A DNA stretch of 42,702 nt, taken from Candidatus Moranbacteria bacterium GW2011_GWC2_37_8. GTDB lineage: Bacteria; Patescibacteriota; Minisyncoccia; Moranbacterales; GWC2-37-73. Under the pieces are notes generated by a model that saw only the letters and a program-made list of their open reading frames with translations, was not told the origin of the DNA and did no database searches. Each line of letters opens with the position of its first letter. Position 1 is the stretch's first letter. Below are positions 1 through 9,153 of the stretch, one piece after another. Location: positions 705 through 43,406 of the forward strand of contig LBTS01000001.1 of NCBI GenBank assembly GCA_000992165.1, written 5' to 3'. The position numbers were made by a program, and so were the translations under genes.

Positions 1-606
1 ATTAAGCCTGGTGAGGAATTTTCTTTCGTAAAACATCTCGGAGAAGTAGATGGCGAACACGGCTATTTACCCGAACTGGTTATTAAAAAAAATAAAACTG
101 AAGCTGAATTTGGCGGCGGTATTTGCCAAGTGTCGTCAACTGCTTTTAGAGCTGCAATTTATTCTGGTCTCAAGATTACAGCTCGCCGCAATCACGCTTA
201 TCCTGTTTCCTATTACAATCCACAAGGGATGGATGCCACTGTCTATGTGCCCAACCCAGACATGAAGTTTTTAAATAACACCCCAGGCTACATATTAATT
301 CAAACAAAGATTGAAGGAACCCAATTAACCTTTTCCTTTTACGGAACAAATGACGGACGCACCATTAACATTGATGGACCAAGAATCATTGAAAAACAAC
401 CAGATGGTTCACTTAAAGCAACTTTTACTCAAAATGTTATTACTAAGGATGGCACGGAGATTATAAATGACATTTTCAACAGCTCATACGACTCTCCTTA
501 TAGATATCCTCATCCAGGCGGACCAATACTAACTGTAAAGCCTGCCAACTGGTCTGCAGACGAATGGAAGGCATACAAGAAGGCTGCCAAAATAGCTCAA
601 CAATAG
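1..606 (+). CDS. VanW-family protein, 5'-truncated by the window edge
   Basis: Frame 1 is open from base 1: IKPGEEFSF...GGGICQVSSTAFRAA...RRNHAYPVSYY...GMDATVY, the VanW signature. Confidence 0.85.
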   Translation: MKPGEEFSFVKHLGEVDGEHGYLPELVIKKNKTEAEFGGGICQVSSTAFRAAIYSGLKITARRNHAYPVSYYNPQGMDATVYVPNPDMKFLNNTPGYILIQTKIEGTQLTFSFYGTNDGRTINIDGPRIIEKQPDGSLKATFTQNVITKDGTEIINDIFNSSYDSPYRYPHPGGPILTVKPANWSADEWKAYKKAAKIAQQ

Positions 607-661
607 ACGTTTAAACTAAGGAGTCTTAACAAACAGATAGCTTTATCAGTATCCGGTAGGG

Positions 662-690
662 TTGACGCTTGATAATTAAACTGATATAAT
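662..690 (+). promoter_or_regulatory. sigma70-type promoter of the tRNA cluster
   Basis: TTGACG-17 bp-TATAAT, ending 22 bp upstream of tRNA-Lys. Confidence 0.85.
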
Positions 691-712
691 TGGTTCGATG
701 TTCCAATTTCTT

Positions 713-785
713 GGGTTATTAGCTCAGTTGGTAGAGCAGCGGCCTCTTAAGCCGACGGTCGCAGGTTCGAATCCTGCATAACCCA
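713..785 (+). tRNA. tRNA-Lys(CTT), CCA not encoded
   Basis: Cloverleaf: acceptor GGGTTAT/ATAACCC, anticodon loop CT-CTT-AA, T-arm GCAGG-TTCGAAT-CCTGC. Confidence 0.97.
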
Positions 786-814
786 CAAAGTATTTCCACA
801 GGGAGGAAAGAATT

Positions 815-886
815 GCCCCCATAGCTCAACGGATAGAGCAACAGCCTTCTAAGCTGAAGATCTAGGTTCGATTCCTGGTGGGGGTA
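815..886 (+). tRNA. tRNA-Arg(TCT), CCA not encoded
   Basis: Acceptor GCCCCCA/TGGGGGT, anticodon loop CT-TCT-AA, T-loop TTCGATT. Confidence 0.97.
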
Positions 887-1021
887 CAAAATGGATATTT
901 TGACACCCAGCAGGAATCGAACAGGAAAGGGTTCGGGAAAACCTAGGTTTTCCCGGAGCGGAAGCTTGAAACCGCTGGGTTTCAAAGAGCGAAGCGAGTG
1001 AGATTTTCCTGGTGGGGGTAC
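887..1021. repeat. tRNA-Arg-associated palindromic element
   Basis: Inverted copy of the tRNA T-arm/3' end (about 897-922), perfect 22-bp palindrome CGGGAAAACCTAGGTTTTCCCG, hairpin TTGAAACC/GGTTTCAA, then a direct copy TTCCTGGTGGGGGTAC of the tRNA 3' end. Confidence 0.8.
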
Positions 1022-1139
1022 GTGATTGAATAAATTTTTAATTTTAAATTTCCAATTTTTAAACAATCCAATTTATTGGATATTCATTGAAAATTGTGAA
1101 TTGGAAATTGAAAATTCCATGCTTTTGCATGGCATATAT

Positions 1140-1212
1140 GGCGGGTATCGTCTAGCGGCTAAGACATCGGTTTGTGGTACCGAGAATCTGGGTTCGATTC
1201 CCAGTACTCGCC
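1140..1212 (+). tRNA. tRNA-His(GTG) with encoded G-1
   Basis: G-GCGGGTA/TACTCGC-C acceptor, anticodon loop TT-GTG-GT, T-arm CTGGG-TTCGATT-CCCAG. Confidence 0.96.
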
Positions 1213-1296
1213 CCTGTATAGATTTCTCATGTTTATTTCTTCGAAGGGCTAAACATGCATCAGATTTGCTTCATTCATTGCCTATGCAATGATTTT

Positions 1297-1369
1297 GCGC
1301 CCGTAGCTCAACGGATAGAGTACTTGGCTTCGAACCAAGGGGTTGTAGGTTCGAGTCCTGCCGGGCGCA
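1297..1369 (+). tRNA. tRNA-Arg(TCG), CCA not encoded
   Basis: Acceptor GCGCCCG/CGGGCGC, anticodon arm CTTGG-CT-TCG-AA-CCAAG, T-loop TTCGAGT. Confidence 0.96.
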
Positions 1370-1374
1370 CAGAA

Positions 1375-1451
1375 TTTTAAAAATCCCAGTTTGCCTGGGA
1401 TTTTAAAATGCGTACAAAGAAAAAATCTCCAATTCATTTGGAGATTTTTTT
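1375..1451. terminator. Two hairpins between the tRNA cluster and the convergent pilus operon
   Basis: AAAATCCCAG/CTGGGATTTT and AAAAAATCTCCAA/TTGGAGATTTTTT with A/T tails. Confidence 0.75.
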
Positions 1452-1474
1452 ATTCTTGCAAACTATCAAACAAC

Positions 1475-1810
1475 TCAATAATGCTTGAAAACATCTTTTA
1501 TCGGTTGATATTCATTTGTGTTTTCTAAATTTCGCCTCTGTATCTCTTTACTTATCTCATTAAATTCATTCTCCTTAAACTCAACACTTTTATTTTGTGA
1601 ATCAAGATATTCCTGTTTTCTTTGTTGACTCCAACCAGCCCCAAGCAAACTTTGCTGCCAAATTTTCCAACCAATAAGAATAGAGACTATCAAAAGAATG
1701 AAAAAAACAGCCATGCGAGTTTTCGCCCAAACGCTTGCAATCATTTGACACAAGGAAGTCGCACTCAGCTTTGCACCACCCTTTGAAGATATTTTGAAAT
1801 TTAAGTTCAT
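1475..1810 (-). CDS. Single-TM protein, last gene of the pilMNO cluster (PilP position)
   Basis: One TM helix followed by a polar domain; directly downstream of pilO. Confidence 0.6.
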   Translation of the reverse strand: MNLNFKISSKGGAKLSATSLCQMIASVWAKTRMAVFFILLIVSILIGWKIWQQSLLGAGWSQQRKQEYLDSQNKSVEFKENEFNEISKEIQRRNLENTNEYQPIKDVFKHY

Positions 1811-1843
1811 ATGTCTAACTTTTTTTATTCTTATTTAGTGCGG

Positions 1844-2512
1844 TTATTCAGTGTAAAAAACAACATCCAAAGTAGCTTCCAGTTTGCCGTTTTTATTTTG
1901 TGAATCTCTAGAATCACCAGATTCATTAAAGGGATTACCCTGCGATGATTTAGAAGAAGTAACTTCAGTACTGTTCCTAATCTGCAGCCCAACTATGTCA
2001 CAATAATATTCAAAATTCTCAAGTGATTTCACAAATCTCCCTATAGTATTAAAGTCTCCATTTAACACTATTTCAAATTGAAGATAATTTTCGTTTGGCA
2101 GGTCATTCGTCAAGACATCTTCTTGCACTTTTTTAGATTTACTTGCACTTTTTGCCACTGCTTGCTGATCTTGAACCGTAATCGTGATGATGTTCCCACT
2201 TTGAGCAGCCAAACTTTCCAATTTTTCAATCAATGTAACGGCATATTCCTTGTCTAATAAAATATCCGTAATGGTAGCATTTTCAAGAATTTTGTATTGT
2301 TCCTGAATCTTAGGAAGCTCGTCGATATTTTTTTTGCTGCTCTCCTGCTTTATCTGTTCCTCCTGAATCTTATCTTTAACATTACTAATCTTATTCATCA
2401 AAGGAAAAACAACGCCGTAAACAAGCACTGCAAGAAGCACTATATAGAAGAATATAGCTAAAATTTCACGTTGATTTTTTAAAAAATTTTTCATCTCTAT
2501 TTTTTTAGGCAA
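1844..2512 (-). CDS. pilO: Type IV pilus assembly protein, PilO-like
   Basis: N-terminal TM, coiled coil, then ...LNGDFNTIGRFVKSLEN; follows pilN. Confidence 0.75.
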   Translation of the reverse strand: MPKKIEMKNFLKNQREILAIFFYIVLLAVLVYGVVFPLMNKISNVKDKIQEEQIKQESSKKNIDELPKIQEQYKILENATITDILLDKEYAVTLIEKLESLAAQSGNIITITVQDQQAVAKSASKSKKVQEDVLTNDLPNENYLQFEIVLNGDFNTIGRFVKSLENFEYYCDIVGLQIRNSTEVTSSKSSQGNPFNESGDSRDSQNKNGKLEATLDVVFYTE

Positions 2513-3048
2513 TCTTTAATAACAACAAAATCCATTTGAAAATCAACATTATCTTTCACAACCAGGTTAGACAAAGGAACGTTCACGTCCTTAAAGCAGT
2601 CTGAATTATCCAGATTATTTTTTAAAGCCAAAAGATTATCCCTTGACCTAGCCTTTCCCAATAAAAATATTTGATAATTTTTTGTGGAAAAATCACTAAT
2701 ATAAACACCCTCCGGCACAACACTGCCGAGTTCATCCAGAACATTCAACCAATGCAGATGGCTGCTTTGTATTTTCGACAAAATATCAATTGAAGCATTA
2801 ACTTTTTTAAATTTCTCTTCGTAATTATTCAATTCTTGATATTTATCTTGAGACTTATTCACCGAACTTAGCGTGACAGAAGAATTGTATTGAAAGTTAA
2901 GAAGATAATAAATATTCAACAATAGCGCGATAAAAATAACAAGCGGCACCAAAAACAACATTTCTTCATGCAAAATCCTGCGAAATATTTTTGATCTTCG
3001 CAGTTCATTTTTTTTCTCTTGTGGCAACAAATCAAGATAGATCTTCAT
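2497..3048 (-). CDS. pilN: Type IV pilus assembly protein PilN
   Basis: N-terminal IYLDLLP (INLLP-like PilM-binding motif), TM, ...LGSVVPEGVYIS. Confidence 0.85.
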   Translation of the reverse strand: MKIYLDLLPQEKKNELRRSKIFRRILHEEMLFLVPLVIFIALLLNIYYLLNFQYNSSVTLSSVNKSQDKYQELNNYEEKFKKVNASIDILSKIQSSHLHWLNVLDELGSVVPEGVYISDFSTKNYQIFLLGKARSRDNLLALKNNLDNSDCFKDVNVPLSNLVVKDNVDFQMDFVVIKDCLKK

Positions 3049-4138
3049 AATGTAATCCTTTTAACGCTAGACCAATAGCTGTTGAGTATTGAACTGATTG
3101 GCTTTTCTCAATGGCTGGCAATTCTTTTCCAATTTTCATATTTATCCAGGGATTTCCAAATTCAATCGTTCTGCCTAATTTTTTTGATAAATAAGGCACG
3201 ATACCTTTAGTGTTTGCTCCGCCGCCACAAATAATAATCTTATCGATACTCTTAGAATATTTCAGTCCTGTCAGATAAAAATCTATCGATTGGTCAATTT
3301 CCTGAGCAAAATTTTCCAAAATTGGCTTGGATAATTTAAAGATAGCATCATTTTTAAAATCATTCCCAATTCCATATGAAATCTTAATCTTCTCCGCCTC
3401 TTCAAACGAAACGTTCATTCCTTTTGAAATTGCATCCGTAAGGGACTGCCCGCAAAGAGGAATGCTCGAAGTGAAACATGGAACACCACCTTTCGTCACG
3501 GAAAAACTCGTTCTCCTATCTCCGATATCTACGACTAAAACAGTTTCTTCATTATTACTTTCCAGTAGCAAGCTCCTAGCTTGTGCAATTGATTCAATTT
3601 CAAGACCAACAGGATCAAGTCCAGCCAATTCCAACGTTTCAATCGCCAAGTCAACGACATTTTTTGAAATTGCCACAACCAAAAGGCTTATTTTGTTTTT
3701 TTCAGGAAAAAGATTTTCTGGAATAATCTGCCAATCGTAATAGACTTGTTCTAATGGAAGCGGGATATTAGCTTCCATCTCCCATTTGACTGCTTCTTTT
3801 ATTTCAGACTCATCCATCTTTGGCACAGAAATGATACGCAAAAAAGCTTTTGTTTCAGGCAGTGAGCAAATAACCTTTTTAGTTTTTATTTTATTAGGTG
3901 ACGCTATTTCAATGGCTTTTTTAATAGCAGCAATGACTTGATCCTTATTTTGAATCTCTCCATCACTAATACAATTAGCTGGAATAGGCACTGAGCAATA
4001 ACTTGAAATACTATCTATCGAACCATTATTTTCAATTTGCACAGCCTTAATAGAAAGATCACTAAGATCTAAACCAAAGACATTGGAATCATCATTAAAA
4101 ATTTTTTTATTTAAAAAAGACATCGTTGCGTGAATCAT
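3032..4138 (-). CDS. pilM: Type IV pilus assembly protein PilM (start possibly 4123)
   Basis: Actin/FtsA-like motifs FGLDLSD, VVDIGD, ICGGGA, AIGLALK. Confidence 0.93.
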   Translation of the reverse strand: MIHATMSFLNKKIFNDDSNVFGLDLSDLSIKAVQIENNGSIDSISSYCSVPIPANCISDGEIQNKDQVIAAIKKAIEIASPNKIKTKKVICSLPETKAFLRIISVPKMDESEIKEAVKWEMEANIPLPLEQVYYDWQIIPENLFPEKNKISLLVVAISKNVVDLAIETLELAGLDPVGLEIESIAQARSLLLESNNEETVLVVDIGDRRTSFSVTKGGVPCFTSSIPLCGQSLTDAISKGMNVSFEEAEKIKISYGIGNDFKNDAIFKLSKPILENFAQEIDQSIDFYLTGLKYSKSIDKIIICGGGANTKGIVPYLSKKLGRTIEFGNPWINMKIGKELPAIEKSQSVQYSTAIGLALKGLHYEDLS

Positions 4139-4273
4139 TAATCAAGAATTATGAATCATTAAAAATTCAATAATCCTTGTTTATCTTTTTATTTTTACTT
4201 CTTACTTTTTATTATAACTTATTTTATCTTTTTATTCCATGAATCATAATTCGTGATTCGTGATTCATGAGTT

Positions 4274-5779
4274 CTAAAGCTCATTCCAAAGATCTATCGT
4301 ATAGTATACATCACTAGGAAAAAATGGTGGTGGATTCATGTATAAAAAATTATCATATTCTATATTCTTAACTTGAAAACCGACTTTGTCTGTGCCATTA
4401 CAATCTTTTGAAGCAGTAAACTCTATGAATTTATTTGAAACGACTGAGCCATACAAATCTAGTCTGTTTTTTTGAACTTCACATCCACCTCCACAACAAT
4501 GGGGATTAAAATCCTGCTTACCAATCATTCCATCCTTAGCAACCATGGCGGCATCAATTTCCAAATCATCGCAATCAGCCCCACAATTTTTCTTTTCACT
4601 AGTTAGAAGTATATTTCGCTTAGCAATAAGCCCTACAGCATCAGTGCCATCCCTGTTGGTATATCTCAAATTTCCACTTCCGATATAGATATCGCCAACG
4701 CCTTCTCCTGCAGCTATTGTCACCCTGTCCCCATCAACCGTTCCGTCAACCCAAACATTTCCACCCACAAAAATTATTCCGTCATCGGGAATAGTCTTTG
4801 TTTGTTTTGTAGCGGCATCTTCATTCTTAATGTCATTGGAATTATTCTTTACATCCTTAACTGTCACGATATCAAATTGTCCATCAGTGCGAAGTGTGAG
4901 ATGTTTTCCAGCTTTACCAGCTGGAACATTAAAATAACAATGATCATCCAAACAATTATTAACTATCGTATCATTGGGAGCTTGCGCATATTTTTTCATC
5001 ACATTAAGATCGACAGCTATACCTGCGAAATCCTTCTGCGGAACAGGGAATTTTTTTCCACCAAGAAATACGCAGCTACTTTTATCTGCGTTATATTCGC
5101 AATTTGGAAGTGGAAATACGCCAAGAGGTTGCGAACTCCAAACACCAACATGGTCCTGACCAGTAATCGGATCGAAATATGTCGAAGATCCAGCATAAAC
5201 TCTGCCATGAGATATGCCATCAAAACGGACTCCGGTGTTGCTCATAATGCGTCCTTTAATATCCCAGTTTGAATCGAAATTTGCATACTCGTTACTAAGA
5301 ACTACATAGTCACTCCATGAAGTCCTCCTGAACCTGACTTTTATTTTTTTCTTAATATTAGGATTATCCAAAGAGGAAGCTTCGAATTCAACAACTATTG
5401 GTGTGTTTGTCGAGACAGTAGCGTTTGTTATAAGTGCACTACAATAGCCTATCGTCGTACCAGCGCTTGTCTTCACATCCCATGTGTAGGGCTCATCCAA
5501 TCCGCGCGGTTTTGGATCAGTCTCGCTCCAAAATTCAGCCACTTCTTCAATTGTATGGCCATCCGTGTTATGAGCAAGATACCAGCGATATTCATTAGAA
5601 CAAGCTTCAGCCATTTGAAAGGCTTTCTCTCTGGCAACCGCGTCATAGCCTGACCTTGCCTGAGAAGCAATCAACTGAACCAAACCAACCAAAAGAATTG
5701 AAACGAATGTCACAATTCCAAGTGCATAAACAAGCACCGATCCTTTGTATGTTTTATTTCGCATAAATTTAAGACTCAT
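4274..5779 (-). CDS. PilX-like minor pilin with a large Cys-containing C-terminal domain
   Basis: Class III signal KG|SVLVYAL lacking Glu+5 (a PilX/GspK trait); third of the three minor pilins. Confidence 0.75.
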   Translation of the reverse strand: MSLKFMRNKTYKGSVLVYALGIVTFVSILLVGLVQLIASQARSGYDAVAREKAFQMAEACSNEYRWYLAHNTDGHTIEEVAEFWSETDPKPRGLDEPYTWDVKTSAGTTIGYCSALITNATVSTNTPIVVEFEASSLDNPNIKKKIKVRFRRTSWSDYVVLSNEYANFDSNWDIKGRIMSNTGVRFDGISHGRVYAGSSTYFDPITGQDHVGVWSSQPLGVFPLPNCEYNADKSSCVFLGGKKFPVPQKDFAGIAVDLNVMKKYAQAPNDTIVNNCLDDHCYFNVPAGKAGKHLTLRTDGQFDIVTVKDVKNNSNDIKNEDAATKQTKTIPDDGIIFVGGNVWVDGTVDGDRVTIAAGEGVGDIYIGSGNLRYTNRDGTDAVGLIAKRNILLTSEKKNCGADCDDLEIDAAMVAKDGMIGKQDFNPHCCGGGCEVQKNRLDLYGSVVSNKFIEFTASKDCNGTDKVGFQVKNIEYDNFLYMNPPPFFPSDVYYTIDLWNEL

Positions 5780-6380
5780 TTAAATTTCGAAGTTCAACGA
5801 CAGATTCAAGATTGACATTTTCAGGAGCGACAATTGGTCTGATATTTATCCAGAGATGCAAGCGCACCAAGCGTGTATCATACGCAGTAGGAGAAGACAT
5901 GGCATCTTCAGTAAGGATTGGAAATCTGTTGTCATAATATGAAAAGAAAGGTTTTGATGTTGTTAGGTTAGTAACATAATTCAAAAGCACTTCAACAGTT
6001 GCATCATCTGCCGCATATGAACCATCAACAAATTTTGTGACTCCTTTTTTAAGTTTTTCTTCATTATCGACAAAGTAATGGACTCTCTCAGCACTGCCAT
6101 CACCATCCTCATCCCTGTAAACTATCATGGAATACTCCTCAGTTTCTTTGATTGGGTAAGATCCATCATCACCTTGCCTTATAGCTCGCAGCTCATGCAC
6201 AAGTTGAGTGATGACTCTTGAAGCTGAAGCAGTCGCAGTCGCTTGTTCAAGAACATATCCTTTATAATTCCAAGCTCTTGCTGATAGAAGCGTGAATGCG
6301 ACCATGCCCAAGCTTAAGATAGTTATTGCGACAAGCAATTCAACCAATGACATCCCCTTTTTTATACTGTGTTTTTTCAT
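5769..6380 (-). CDS. Prepilin N-methylation protein (PilW-like minor pilin)
   Basis: KKG|MSLVELLVAI. Confidence 0.85.
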   Translation of the reverse strand: MKKHSIKKGMSLVELLVAITILSLGMVAFTLLSARAWNYKGYVLEQATATASASRVITQLVHELRAIRQGDDGSYPIKETEEYSMIVYRDEDGDGSAERVHYFVDNEEKLKKGVTKFVDGSYAADDATVEVLLNYVTNLTTSKPFFSYYDNRFPILTEDAMSSPTAYDTRLVRLHLWINIRPIVAPENVNLESVVELRNLNES

Positions 6381-7762
6381 AATGGATTAATTGTAATATC
6401 TTTTTCCGTAAGATTAGACACTATTATATCATCCTCCTTAGTCTCATATCCCGCCGCCTGCACAGTTATATGATATTGCACATTTTGAAGAGGAGCAACG
6501 ATATCTCTTGGAAAATATACCTGCCCGAATTGATCCGTAATTAAAGTCTGTTCATAGGAAAGACTTTCATTTTCAACCGTCACGGTTGCATCTGAAATAG
6601 GTGTTGGCGGCATTGTTGCCGGTATATCAGTATAGTCAACAACTCTTAAAAACAATGCTGGCGTATCTTTAGGCACTAAAATAGCATTGACATCCGTAAC
6701 GACTCCGGGATTAGCAGTAAAGATTGTAGATTTAAGACCGAATGATGGCTCAACTTTCCAAAATTTATAACCATCATTATTAGTTGATGTCAGATATTCA
6801 AAAGTGTATTCACCGAAGCTTTCATCACTAAAAATAAATGAGCCAGCTGCGTCACTGCTGTGATTAGTTTTAACATAAGAATAAACAGGACCAGTATTAC
6901 CAAGAATTCGGCCACCCTCCAGCGAAAAATCAATATTTCCAATACTATTCCCCAAGGGATCAACAGTCCTGAGCTGCAAAGAGGCTGCCAGGTCAAAATA
7001 TATTGTCTTTGAGGAAATTCCAGCCAAGGTGACACTACCATGCAAATCTATCGGCTCATAAGAATTGACGGGATATGGAGGCATAGTGTCAACTGGATAA
7101 TATCCATTCTTTCTCACGATAATCTTGTATTTGTTGTTTCCTATCGCATATCCCGGAAGATAAACCTTTCCATTATCTAAAGTGTCTGTCGTATGCAGCA
7201 AAGCATCAGTGTCGGCATCTCTGATTTCAACCCTAGCACCTTCAACTGGTATTCCTGCGCTACTTATTATATTGATGCTTAAAATTCCTCCATTATATAA
7301 TTCCTCTGTTCCAGGCGGAGCGATATGTGAATACATGGTAATCTTCTTGGTTTCTCCTCCACTCAACCAACTGACTATCACCTCCACATGCTTATAATCG
7401 CCATCTTTCAAGTCAGACGAAGGATCGTTTTGGTCAGGATTATCATAATCGTCATTGGAATACGTGATATTAGTAACTACATTAAAACTAACACTACTCC
7501 TATCGATAGTCTTATTATTTTTAATTGGACCATCTTCAGTGGATTCGAGATTTTCATAGGCAACATTACGCAGTATTTCAAACTGTTCATTGGCAACTTG
7601 CGAAGCGGAAATTCTAGCCTTAGCATCTCTTAAAACGTTAGCACCACTGGCGAAAGTCCTATAAAAAGTAACGACCACTATCACCACAATCAAAGAAAAA
7701 ATCAAGGCTTCCACTAAAGTGAAACCTTTTTTATTTTTTATTTCCATCTCCCTGATAACCAT
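6377..7762 (-). CDS. PilV-like minor pilin with C-terminal carboxypeptidase-regulatory-like beta domains
   Basis: KKG|FTLVEALI; repeated P(V/I)xxAxV...TDxxG segments. Confidence 0.8.
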   Translation of the reverse strand: MVIREMEIKNKKGFTLVEALIFSLIVVIVVVTFYRTFASGANVLRDAKARISASQVANEQFEILRNVAYENLESTEDGPIKNNKTIDRSSVSFNVVTNITYSNDDYDNPDQNDPSSDLKDGDYKHVEVIVSWLSGGETKKITMYSHIAPPGTEELYNGGILSINIISSAGIPVEGARVEIRDADTDALLHTTDTLDNGKVYLPGYAIGNNKYKIIVRKNGYYPVDTMPPYPVNSYEPIDLHGSVTLAGISSKTIYFDLAASLQLRTVDPLGNSIGNIDFSLEGGRILGNTGPVYSYVKTNHSSDAAGSFIFSDESFGEYTFEYLTSTNNDGYKFWKVEPSFGLKSTIFTANPGVVTDVNAILVPKDTPALFLRVVDYTDIPATMPPTPISDATVTVENESLSYEQTLITDQFGQVYFPRDIVAPLQNVQYHITVQAAGYETKEDDIIVSNLTEKDITINPL

Positions 7763-7842
7763 AAGTATAGTATTAACTAGAATGACAAAATGTAGACACG
7801 AGGCAAGCTTCGGCGAATTAACCTCAGAGGGATTAAAAAATT

Positions 7843-9069
7843 CTATTTAATATTATCCAGCATGCTATACATCGGCATAAGCATAGCTACCGCAAAAAAC
7901 CCAACAGCCGCTCCAATGACAACCATAAGCAAAGGTTCTATGACAGCTGAAAGATTTTTTGTTATCTGGTCAACTTCATCTTCATAAAATTCAGCCAACT
8001 GCAGCAGCACTACTTCCGTCTTACCAGTCTCTTCTCCAACTTGAACAATTTGCGAAACCAAAACTGGAAAAATGTCACCATGATCAGAAAGAATCTTGCT
8101 TAGACTCACACCTTTTTGAATATCCTCCACACTGCCGATTAAAACTTGTTGGTAGTAATGATTAGTTAGAGTCCTGGAAATAATTTTTAGGGCATCCACG
8201 GCGCCAACGCCACTCTTAAGAAGTGAGCTATAAATCCTAGCGAAACGTGCGCAATTCATCTGCTTTATTAATGGACTAAAAATTGGAAATTTGATTGCAA
8301 CCCAACTTACCGTTTTCTTACCACTCGGCTGTCTTAGGAAATATTGCAAAAATATCGCAACTGCAAAAAAGACAACTGCCACCATTAACCCATTGTTTTT
8401 CAATAAATTACTCATATCAACAATGAATTGTGTCATTGCTGGAAGTTTCGCATTCATATCTTTAAAGACACCCATCAATTTTGGAAGCACATATGTCAAC
8501 ATGATAATTCCAATAATAAACATCACCGTCAAAATAACCGCTGGATAAATCATGGCCCCTTTAACCTTACTTTTCAAGTCATGCTCCTTCTCTAGTTGTA
8601 CTGCCACGATTTTCAAAACTTCATCAAGATTTCCAGCTGTTTCTCCGACTCTAACCATATTAACAAAAAGTTCACCAAAAATATTTACATATTTTTCAAG
8701 ACCCTCACTCAAAGATTTCCCACTCTGTATTTCCTCATCAATATCTAAAAGAATTTTTTTAAATGATTTATTTTCTGTCTGAAGTGCCAAATTATTAACA
8801 GCGCGAGAAACCGTAAGTCCTGAAGCAACCATGATGCTTAAATTTCTTGCAAAAACCATTTTCTCTTTAAGTGGAATGGAAATGAATTTATCAAAAAAAT
8901 TAGTCTTTCCAGCTATTTTTGCTTCTTCTTCCTTAACTAATGAAATTGAAGTCACCAAATAACCTTCAGCTCGAAGTTGTTGAGCAACATTTTTTTCATC
9001 CTGAGCAACTATCTCTCCACCCTTAGTTTGCCCACTATAACTTTTGGCAGTATAAATAAATTTTGGCAC
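7843..9069 (-). CDS. pilC: Type IV pilus platform protein PilC (GspF family), GTG start
   Basis: Two T2SSF repeats (GETAGNL, GEETGK), YP...LP and IEP motifs. Confidence 0.95.
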   Translation of the reverse strand: MPKFIYTAKSYSGQTKGGEIVAQDEKNVAQQLRAEGYLVTSISLVKEEEAKIAGKTNFFDKFISIPLKEKMVFARNLSIMVASGLTVSRAVNNLALQTENKSFKKILLDIDEEIQSGKSLSEGLEKYVNIFGELFVNMVRVGETAGNLDEVLKIVAVQLEKEHDLKSKVKGAMIYPAVILTVMFIIGIIMLTYVLPKLMGVFKDMNAKLPAMTQFIVDMSNLLKNNGLMVAVVFFAVAIFLQYFLRQPSGKKTVSWVAIKFPIFSPLIKQMNCARFARIYSSLLKSGVGAVDALKIISRTLTNHYYQQVLIGSVEDIQKGVSLSKILSDHGDIFPVLVSQIVQVGEETGKTEVVLLQLAEFYEDEVDQITKNLSAVIEPLLMVVIGAAVGFFAVAMLMPMYSMLDNIK

Positions 9070-9153
9070 GGACTTACTTACAACTTATAACTAATAACTT
9101 GCAACTCCTGGGTTGCGTTATTGGTTATTGGTTATTGGTTATTGGTTATTGGT

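Noticed and set aside
1..606. Vancomycin resistance locus
   Set aside because: A VanW domain alone is widespread, and no vanHAX or vanRS genes are visible; the upstream context is outside the window.
719..1292. ORFs 719-1066 (-) and 1026-1292 (+)
   Set aside because: They are translations of tRNA genes and repeats, with no protein-like features.
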